Assembly (NCBI GenBank): GCA_049428765.1
Contig: JBMTAN010000002.1
Span: 589-64,588, forward strand
Direction of reading: 5' to 3'
Length of the DNA: 64,000 nucleotides
Source of the DNA: Roseiflexaceae bacterium
GTDB lineage: Bacteria; Chloroflexota; Chloroflexia; Chloroflexales; Roseiflexaceae
Under the pieces are notes generated by a model. That model had not been told where the DNA came from. It saw only the letters and a list, made by a program, of their open reading frames with translations, and ran no database searches. The position numbers were made by a program, and so were the translations under genes. Below are positions 49,777-56,983 of the stretch, in pieces (within the stretch, counting starts at the first letter, position 1; the number at the start of each line of letters is the position of its first letter).

Positions 49777-49781
49777 CCCAC

Positions 49782-50663
49782 CTACTCCTCTCCCCACCAG
49801 CCTTGGCGGCGGAAGAACCAGAGCAACACGGTACTGGCCACCACCATCACCGCCAAGGCGAACGGATAGCCCCATGTCCATTGCAACTCGGGCATCACGC
49901 TGAAGTTCATGCCATAAATGCCGGCCACCATCGAGTTGACCATCAAAATAATTGAGGCCATGGTCAGCACCTTCATCACCTGATTCAGCCGATTCGACTG
50001 CACCGACAAATGCACGTCCAGCACCGTGGCCAGCAAATCGCGGTGCAAGTCGATTGCATCCACGATGCGCAACACGTGATCATATACGTCTTGCATATGC
50101 GTAAAGGCCGCCGTGTCGAGCACCAACAAATCGCCGCGCAACAGCGCATTCAATGCCTCACGCGCCGGTGCAATTTGGCGGCGAATCGTCAGCAACATGC
50201 GCTTGAGATGCACAATCTCGCGTAGTTGATGCGCCTGCGCCCCCACCAACATCTCGGTCTCGAGCGTCTCGACCAGGTCGCCGATATGGTCGAGCATGGG
50301 GAAGTAGCTATCCACAATCGTATCCAAAATCACGTGCAACAGCCCAGCCACACTCAACGACGGCACATCGCGCAACGACTGCCAGCGGGTGCGGGCATCG
50401 TTCATTACCGTCAAATCACCACTGTGAATAGTTATCACCTGCGTGGCCGTGACAAACAAATAAATCGGTATGGAATGCAGTTTTTCTTTGCTACGCCCGT
50501 GATAGCTCAAGGCATAAAAAACAAAGAACACCCCGTGCTCGTAGCGCTCAATCTTGGTGCGCTGCCCACCCTTAAGGATGTCGTCGATAATCAACGGGTG
50601 CAGGCCAATCTCCTGCAATTGCGCCTGGGTGGGCTTGATAATATCGACCCATAACTCGTCCAT
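49782..50663 (-). CDS. corA: CorA family magnesium/cobalt transporter
   Basis: Start refined to MDELWVDII, with GAGGAG upstream. YGMNF motif and two C-terminal TM helices. Confidence 0.9.
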   Translation of the reverse strand: MDELWVDIIKPTQAQLQEIGLHPLIIDDILKGGQRTKIERYEHGVFFVFYALSYHGRSKEKLHSIPIYLFVTATQVITIHSGDLTVMNDARTRWQSLRDVPSLSVAGLLHVILDTIVDSYFPMLDHIGDLVETLETEMLVGAQAHQLREIVHLKRMLLTIRRQIAPAREALNALLRGDLLVLDTAAFTHMQDVYDHVLRIVDAIDLHRDLLATVLDVHLSVQSNRLNQVMKVLTMASIILMVNSMVAGIYGMNFSVMPELQWTWGYPFALAVMVVASTVLLWFFRRQGWWGEE

Positions 50664-50778
50664 GTGCGCTCCTCGTGTGTATGCCTTGATTGCCCTATTA
50701 TGCCAGCAAAAACGCCATCGCCCGAGTCCACCATGGTACAATTCGTCTGATACGACTCTCCAGATAGACGAGGAGCGC

Positions 50779-51675
50779 ATGAGTCACTACGAATACGCCA
50801 CGCCTGAGAACTTTCTCGGGCTCGAAGGCGATATCGCCAGCTACGAACAAGCCCAGGTATTAGTCTTGCCAATCCCCTACGAGGCCACCGTCAGCTTCGG
50901 CCAAGGTGCCCGTGGCGGCCCGCGCGCCATCATCAACGCCTCGCGCCAGGTCGAGCTGTATGACCGCGAGTTCGACTGCGAATACGCCTTCGAATATGGC
51001 GTCCACACCCTGCCTGCCCTGGCTCCCCACACCGCCGGCCCCGAGGCCATGGTCAACGCCATCGAGGCCTGCGCCCGCGAGCACATGGCCACCGGCAAAC
51101 TCCTCGTAGGCCTCGGCGGCGAGCACAGCATCTCCAGCGGCTTTGGTCGCGCCATCAAGGCCATCCACGGCGACTTCGTGCTGGTCCAAATCGACGCCCA
51201 CAGCGACCTGCGCGACAGCTACGAGGGGAGCCCCTACAGTCACGCCAGTGTGGCCCGCCGTATCGCCGATTTGGGCGCCCCCATCCTGCAATTCGGCATC
51301 CGCTCCATCTGCCAAGAGGAGATGGACTATATCCGCGCCACGCCCGCCACCACCCGCGTCTGGTTCAACGACGACGTCCATGCCGGCGGCCACTTGCCCG
51401 AGCTGATCGAGCGCATCAAGGGCAAAAAGGTCTTTTTGACCATCGACGTCGACGGCCTCGACCCTAGCATCATCCCGGCTACCGGCACGCCCGAGCCCAA
51501 CGGCTTGAGCTGGATTCAGACCCTCGAGATTGTCCGCACCGTCAGCCAACACGCCGAGGTGGTCGCATTCGACTGCGTCGAGTTGGCGCCCATCGCCGGC
51601 ATGCACTCGAGCGACTTTATTACCGCCAAGCTCATCTACAAGGTGATGAACCTGATTATGGCCAATCGCGCCTAG
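50779..51675 (+). CDS. speB: agmatinase (ureohydrolase family)
   Basis: Start refined to MSHYEYATPENF. Mn-binding motifs GGEHSIS, QIDAHSDLR and TIDVDGLDP. Confidence 0.9.
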   Translation: MSHYEYATPENFLGLEGDIASYEQAQVLVLPIPYEATVSFGQGARGGPRAIINASRQVELYDREFDCEYAFEYGVHTLPALAPHTAGPEAMVNAIEACAREHMATGKLLVGLGGEHSISSGFGRAIKAIHGDFVLVQIDAHSDLRDSYEGSPYSHASVARRIADLGAPILQFGIRSICQEEMDYIRATPATTRVWFNDDVHAGGHLPELIERIKGKKVFLTIDVDGLDPSIIPATGTPEPNGLSWIQTLEIVRTVSQHAEVVAFDCVELAPIAGMHSSDFITAKLIYKVMNLIMANRA

Positions 51676-52050
51676 TCATCGCAGCCGTATCTGACCAAAA
51701 GCGCTGCCCGCGTGTCGCACCAGCGTCCGGGCAGCGCACCTGTTTGCCATGGCTACAGACGATGCACCTGTCGCACGCCACGCAGCCACTTTCCCAAAAA
51801 GAAAAAAAGGATTACGTCAACCCAGCCACCTCGTGCTGTAGGGCTGCCACAATCTGGCCAATCGCGCCTAGTCATCGCAGCCCCATCTGACCAAAAGCGC
51901 TACCCACGGGATCGCACCAGCGTCCGGGTAGCGCACCTGTTTGCCATGGCTACAGACGATGCACCTGTCGCACGCCACGCAACCACTTTCCCAAAAAGAA
52001 CATCTACGACAACTCAGCCACCTCATGCTGCAGGGCCGCCACAATCTGGC
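51659..52050. repeat. tandem duplication of ~195 bp (2 copies, ~90% identical by eye) spanning the speB / decarboxylase convergent spacer
   Basis: Copy 1 is 51659-51858 and copy 2 is 51855-52050, joined at TGGC. Each copy holds the last 16 nt of speB, the spacer hairpin and the last ~47 nt of the decarboxylase gene. Confidence 0.85.
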
Positions 52051-53425
52051 GCAGGCGGGGCTCGTCCACAAACGGATTGAGCACCACACTGCGTAACCAG
52101 CGCTGACCACGCCAGCGTGGCGTCGAGAAGAACGCCATCCCCCGTTGGTGCAACCGCTGTTGAATCTGCTCCACCTGTGCATCGCTGGCATTTGTTGGCC
52201 TGAAGCAGACCAGATTCGTCGTCACCGGCGCCGCCAGCGTCATGCCGGCCTCGGTCACCTGCTGCGCAAAGGTCTGGGCCAGTGTCATACTTTGGTCGAT
52301 TAGGTGAGCTGCCCCGTTACGGCCAATCAGTTGCATAGTCAGCCACAACTTGAGCACGTCGGCGTGACGCGTGCCTTGCAGGCTCAGCTCACCCGGATTG
52401 ACCAGGTCGGGATCCTCGCCCATGTACGGCGCCGCCACGCGAAAGTAGTCGTGCAACCACTGGCGCTCGTGCACCAGCAACATGGCGGCCGTTTTGCTGA
52501 CGTACATCCACTTTTGCGGATTAAACGTGACCGAATGCGCCAGATGAATGCCGTTCAGCAGGTGGCGATGCGGTTTTGAGAGTACCAGCGCCCCACCATA
52601 GGCCGCATCGATATGCAACCACAACCCCTCGTCGCGCACCACGGCAGCAATCTCGGCGATGGCATCGACCGCACCCAGCACCGTCGTGCCGGCCGTGGCC
52701 ACCACACAAAACGGATCTTTGCCAAGGGCGCGCTGGTCGGCAATCGCTTGGCGCACCGTCTCGCCCTGCAAGGCCCCGCGCGCATCAACGGGCAGGCCAA
52801 CCACCGCCTCGGTGCCTAACCCCATAATCATGGCGGCTTTGTGGAGCGAGGTATGTGCCTCTTGCGAGGCCAGAATCACCAGCGGGCACTGGAATCCGTA
52901 CATGCCCGTGCGTTGCATCCCTTCGTAACGCGCATTGCGCGCCAGCACCAAGGCCTGTAGATTGGCCAACGTCCCACCCGAGAGCATCACGCCACCGGCC
53001 CGTGGCCCAAGATTGAACTCGGCGGCCAACAAACGCACCAGACGATCCTCGAGGCGCGCCGCAAACGGGGCCATCTCGAGCGACAGCATGTTGTTGTTGG
53101 TGGCGGCGCTGACCAACTCCCCCAAGAAGGCCGCCGTGCTCGGCATGGTGTCCATGTGGCCAATATAGCCCGGGTGGGCCGGGTTCATGGCACCGTCGAG
53201 TGCCTGTTGGATGAGCGGCAAGAGCACCTCGGCTGGCTGTGGTTGCTCAGGGAACCGCATTAATACCAAACTCCCCGGGTCAGGCTGCATCGGCTTGGCG
53301 GCGGCCTGTGCCAAATGGCCAATCAACAGGTCCAACACCTGATGCGCCAGCGCCGCAACCTCGGCCTGATTGTGGCCATGCGGATTCACGAATGCGCGCG
53401 GGTCAATACGACTACCTCGAATCAT
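52004..53425 (-). CDS. group II pyridoxal-dependent decarboxylase (substrate not assignable)
   Basis: Start refined to MIRGSRIDPRAF, with AAGGAG 6 nt upstream. It shows the PLP-fold type I pattern with the lysine motif SVTFNPQKW. The longer ORF N-terminus is repeat-derived. Confidence 0.85.
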   Translation of the reverse strand: MIRGSRIDPRAFVNPHGHNQAEVAALAHQVLDLLIGHLAQAAAKPMQPDPGSLVLMRFPEQPQPAEVLLPLIQQALDGAMNPAHPGYIGHMDTMPSTAAFLGELVSAATNNNMLSLEMAPFAARLEDRLVRLLAAEFNLGPRAGGVMLSGGTLANLQALVLARNARYEGMQRTGMYGFQCPLVILASQEAHTSLHKAAMIMGLGTEAVVGLPVDARGALQGETVRQAIADQRALGKDPFCVVATAGTTVLGAVDAIAEIAAVVRDEGLWLHIDAAYGGALVLSKPHRHLLNGIHLAHSVTFNPQKWMYVSKTAAMLLVHERQWLHDYFRVAAPYMGEDPDLVNPGELSLQGTRHADVLKLWLTMQLIGRNGAAHLIDQSMTLAQTFAQQVTEAGMTLAAPVTTNLVCFRPTNASDAQVEQIQQRLHQRGMAFFSTPRWRGQRWLRSVVLNPFVDEPRLRQIVAALQHEVAELS

Positions 53426-53463
53426 CGGCGGCTCCTTTGTCATGCGGTACCGGGGGTATACCG

Positions 53464-53519
53464 CCGGTAGAGACGCAGCATGCTGCGTCTCTACCGGTGG
53501 CATGCTGCGTCTCTACCGG
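53464..53519. repeat. palindromic repeat in L-R-R arrangement (CCGGTAGAGACGCAGCATGCTGCGTCTCTACCGG plus an extra right arm)
   Basis: A perfect 34-bp palindrome is followed after 2 nt by a second identical right arm GCATGCTGCGTCTCTACCGG. Confidence 0.9.
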
Positions 53520-53524
53520 CCAAT

Positions 53525-54085
53525 TTATACCAATTCGCCGACCACACCACGTTCCATCAACTGTTGCATCAGCGCCATTAATTCATCAACGGGCATCGGA
53601 TTGGCTTGCTGATGCCAGTGTACCATCACGCCAATCATAGCCGAGAGCACGTATTCGACCACCACCTCGCGTCGTTGCATCTCGGCCGGCGTGCCCGTCG
53701 CATATAACCCCATGATGGCCGGCTTGATCTGGCGTTTGAGTTTGCCCGCAAAAGCCGGATTGCCGCGTTCGCCGAGCAGGACTGCATAATATTTGGCGTT
53801 TTGGTCATACCACTGCCAAAACTGGGCCAGTGGCATGCCCCTGCTCCCGCGTGGCCCCGCAAATGGCGGCAAGGTGTCGACGGTCGGGATAATACGCCGT
53901 TCAATCTCCTCAAGCACGGCATACACATCAGTGAAATATTCATAAAACGTACTGCGATTGTAGCCGGCCCGTTGCACCACATCTTTGACGGTAATCTGGG
54001 CAATTGGGCGCTGGCAATACAGTTGCCAAAAAGCGTCAATCAGGTTTTGCTTGGTCTGGGCCGTGATGTCGTGGCGCTTTCTCAT
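53525..54085 (-). CDS. TetR family transcriptional regulator
   Basis: 186 aa with the HTH ITVKDVVQRAGYNRSTFYEYF. AGGAG lies upstream. Confidence 0.9.
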   Translation of the reverse strand: MRKRHDITAQTKQNLIDAFWQLYCQRPIAQITVKDVVQRAGYNRSTFYEYFTDVYAVLEEIERRIIPTVDTLPPFAGPRGSRGMPLAQFWQWYDQNAKYYAVLLGERGNPAFAGKLKRQIKPAIMGLYATGTPAEMQRREVVVEYVLSAMIGVMVHWHQQANPMPVDELMALMQQLMERGVVGELV

Positions 54086-54145
54086 CGTTACTCCTAAATC
54101 CTACACCCACCCGCCGATTGTTGGTTGATGCCGTGGATTGCGCTG

Positions 54146-54175
54146 TGTATGCTGAAATCATACAACATGATGTTG
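54146..54175. promoter_or_regulatory. two short palindromes in the TetR/GT divergent spacer (TGTATG-N7-CATACA; CAACAT-G-ATGTTG)
   Basis: Read directly. These are candidate TetR operators by position only. Confidence 0.3.
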
Positions 54176-54193
54176 GATTTAACCAGAGGAGGA

Positions 54194-55462
54194 ATGGACG
54201 TGATTACGATTTTGTGTGCCGGGTCGCGCGGCGACTTCCAGCCCTACATTGCATTGGCGCAGGAGTTACAGGCCCATGGCAAGGCGGTACGGATTGCCGG
54301 GAGCAAGAGCTTTGCCAGTTTTATTCAAAGCTACGGGATTGAGTTTTTTGCGATGAACGCCGACATCGAGTCGCTCAACGTCGATCCCAAACTGCTCGCA
54401 CAGGCCGGCAGTGCCGATAACCCGTTCAAGATGCTGCTCGCCTTCAACAAAATGAAGGAGTACGGCATTTATATGACCAGCGATTACTTTGCAGCTTGTG
54501 AGGGGAGCGAGCTGATTATCTACCATCCGGGCGTGACTATCGGCTACTATGCGGCGCAGGAGTTGGGCATCCCGGCTGTACTGGCCTCGCCGTTCCCGAT
54601 GCACCGCACGCATGAGTACCTGTCGGTGGTGATGTATGGCAAAGCGCCGGCCAACCGCCTGACCATCCCGCTGAGTTACACCATGATTCAGTCGATGTTG
54701 TGGTTGGCCAGCAAAGACTCGGTCAAAGGGTTTTGGCAGGAGCGGTTTGGCAAGGCGCCAGCGGAGTTCGGTATGCCGTTTGAACGCCACAACAGCGCAC
54801 GCCAGCCAGCGGTCATCTCGTGTAGCAACCACGTGTTTGCCCGGCCGGCCGATTGGAACCCGCACATTCACCAGCACGGGTACTGGTTTGTGGAGGAGCC
54901 GCTGCCGTACCAGCCGAGTGCCGAGTTGGCTGCGTTTCTGGCGCACCCAGATAAGCCGATCTACATCGGCTTCGGCAGCATGACGGGCATCAACAAACAG
55001 CCCGGGTTGGCCGAGTTGGTGGTCGAAGCGGTGTGCCAGAGTGGGCGCCGGGCGATTATCAGCGGGTTTGAGCCGGTTGCGCAGTTGCCTGAGTCAGTGA
55101 TGGCGATAGATGCAGTACCGCACACCTGGCTCTTCCCGCAGGTTGCGGCGGTCTGTCATCACGGCGGAGCCGGCACGACGGCGGCCGGGTTCAAAGCTGG
55201 GGTGCCCAGCCTGATTGTGCCGTTCGCCAACGATCAATTTGCCTGGGGGCAGCGGGCGCACGATTTGGGGGTGGGTACGGCGCCGATTGCGCGCACACAG
55301 CTGACGGTCAGCAATCTGGCAGCGGCCATTGGTTACACGAGTAACTCAGCGATACAACGGGCTGCAGCGCATTTGGGCCAGCAGATTGCCACAGAGCATG
55401 GGGCGCGACGTTGTGCCGAGGTGATTGCATCGATTCCCACACCCAAAGGGGCAGGGCGATAA
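54194..55462 (+). CDS. GT1 family UDP-glycosyltransferase (MGT / sterol-macrolide glycosyltransferase-like)
   Basis: The N-terminus ITILCAGSRGDFQPYIALAQEL and the C-terminal HHGGAGTTAAGFKAGVPSLIVPFANDQ motif fit the family. The start is ATG 54194 or GTG 54200, after GGAGG. Confidence 0.85.
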   Translation: MDVITILCAGSRGDFQPYIALAQELQAHGKAVRIAGSKSFASFIQSYGIEFFAMNADIESLNVDPKLLAQAGSADNPFKMLLAFNKMKEYGIYMTSDYFAACEGSELIIYHPGVTIGYYAAQELGIPAVLASPFPMHRTHEYLSVVMYGKAPANRLTIPLSYTMIQSMLWLASKDSVKGFWQERFGKAPAEFGMPFERHNSARQPAVISCSNHVFARPADWNPHIHQHGYWFVEEPLPYQPSAELAAFLAHPDKPIYIGFGSMTGINKQPGLAELVVEAVCQSGRRAIISGFEPVAQLPESVMAIDAVPHTWLFPQVAAVCHHGGAGTTAAGFKAGVPSLIVPFANDQFAWGQRAHDLGVGTAPIARTQLTVSNLAAAIGYTSNSAIQRAAAHLGQQIATEHGARRCAEVIASIPTPKGAGR

Positions 55463-55496
55463 AACAACCGATAGACAGAGACGCATGGCCATCCAC

Positions 55497-55534
55497 CGAC
55501 GGTAGAGCAGCAGCATGCTGCTGCTCTACCGTCG
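55497..55534. repeat. 38-bp perfect palindrome CGACGGTAGAGCAGCAGCATGCTGCTGCTCTACCGTCG
   Basis: It lies between the convergent GT1 and M20 genes. A half-copy GAGACGCATGGCCATCC is adjacent at 55478-55494. Confidence 0.9.
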
Positions 55535-55547
55535 GCCCCCCGATCAT

Positions 55548-56705
55548 TTACCCAATCGTATGTACGCGCGTCATCAACAGGGCCAACAACGCCGTACGCG
55601 GCACAATGCTGTCGATGTCGATATACTCGCGCGGGCTATGGTCGTTGCCGCCCACGGGCCCGAGGCCATCGAGCACCGGCAGGCCTTGTTGAGCCAAATA
55701 ATTGGCGTACGACATGCCACCAGTATGGGCATCGTTGGTCTCAAAGCCTAGCTCACGGGCGCACTGTTTGGTCAACTCGGCGAGTGAGGCAATCGTCGGG
55801 GTGCAGGCCATGGCAGGCACGCGAATGCCACCCGTCACGGTAGTGGCGGTCCCAGGCACAAACACTTGTTCACCAATAGCCCGAATGGCAGCCTCAACCG
55901 GCGCTTGGTCGGCTGGATCCACGATGCGCACGTCGATTTTGGCGCTAGCCCGATCAGGCACAGCATTCGAGACAGTGCCGCCGCTGACCACACCCACATT
56001 CAGCGTCGTGCCCGGGCGCATGCCATTGAGGGCGTGGAGCGCCACGCTTTGGTGAGCCAGTTGCACAATCGCATTGGCACCTTTGTGGGGCTCGACGCCG
56101 GCGTGCGCCGCTTTGCCTTGCACCTCAAAATAAAAGTTGCCGCCGCCCTTACGCGCACTGACAATATCGCCGTTCTCGCGGCCGGCCTCGAGCACAAAGG
56201 CTACGTCGTGTTGAGGGGCCAGCTCGGCAAAGGCGCGGAGTGAAACCTTCATGCCGGCCTCTTCGTCACTACCACACAACAAGGTGATGGCGCCAATATG
56301 CCCCAAGCCACCACACTCCTCGAGGGCCATCATGGCGTACAAGGCCGAGAGCAGACCACTTTTGTTATCGCACGATCCAGGGGCCAGCAAGGTATTACCC
56401 TCGATGCGCATCGGGCGCTCGGCAGCCACGCCGACAGGGTAGACGGTGTCGAGGTGGGCTGCCAGCAAAATGCGCGGGCCGCCCTTGCCGAGAATGGTAA
56501 AGGCGATGGTGTCACCGAACTCGTCGTCCTTCCAGCGTTTGACCTCCCAATTACGTCGGCGCCCCCAGCGGGCCACCCATTCGCCGGCCTCATCGACACC
56601 GACTTTGGAGTCAGTCGGGCATTCGATGGCACACAACTGGCGCAACTCTTCGATATAGGTATCGAGCTGCGGGGTCAGGTAGGACTGGAGCGTCTGTGGG
56701 AACAT
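55548..56705 (-). CDS. M20 family metallopeptidase / deacylase (ArgE/DapE/CPG2-like)
   Basis: Start refined to MFPQTLQSYL, with GGAGGAG 7 nt upstream. Motifs LAAHLDTV, GSCDNKSG and SDEEAG. Confidence 0.85.
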   Translation of the reverse strand: MFPQTLQSYLTPQLDTYIEELRQLCAIECPTDSKVGVDEAGEWVARWGRRRNWEVKRWKDDEFGDTIAFTILGKGGPRILLAAHLDTVYPVGVAAERPMRIEGNTLLAPGSCDNKSGLLSALYAMMALEECGGLGHIGAITLLCGSDEEAGMKVSLRAFAELAPQHDVAFVLEAGRENGDIVSARKGGGNFYFEVQGKAAHAGVEPHKGANAIVQLAHQSVALHALNGMRPGTTLNVGVVSGGTVSNAVPDRASAKIDVRIVDPADQAPVEAAIRAIGEQVFVPGTATTVTGGIRVPAMACTPTIASLAELTKQCARELGFETNDAHTGGMSYANYLAQQGLPVLDGLGPVGGNDHSPREYIDIDSIVPRTALLALLMTRVHTIG

Positions 56706-56917
56706 GGGGGTGTCTCCTCCATCTAAGGCGGCAATTTGGTCGTGCAACTCCCAGATCATGCGCATCCGACGCATATGCCAGGCCGGCCGTTTGGGGCCAG
56801 TCTCGCGCATCAAAATCAACTGGCGCACGCGTTGGCGTAAACTAATCCGTGAATTCAGCGGGTGATCCATGGGCGTATGCCGTTTCGTCGTATGGTGGTT
56901 CTGTGTCGTCATTATAT

Positions 56918-56967
56918 AAAAAATCGGGCCCATGGAGAGACGAAGCATGCTTCGTCTCTCCATGGGC
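56918..56967 (-). terminator. prfA terminator formed by a 40-bp perfect palindrome of the repeat family plus a U-tract
   Basis: On the minus strand, GCCCATGGAGAGACGAAGCATGCTTCGTCTCTCCATGGGC is followed by CGATTTTTTATATAAT. Confidence 0.75.
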
Positions 56968-56983
56968 GTTGGACATCAACCAC

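Noticed and set aside
50860-51606. 248-aa ORF on the minus strand
   Set aside because: It is antisense to the agmatinase gene, which has all ureohydrolase metal motifs. The sequence is low-complexity and Gly/Ala/Asp/Val-rich.
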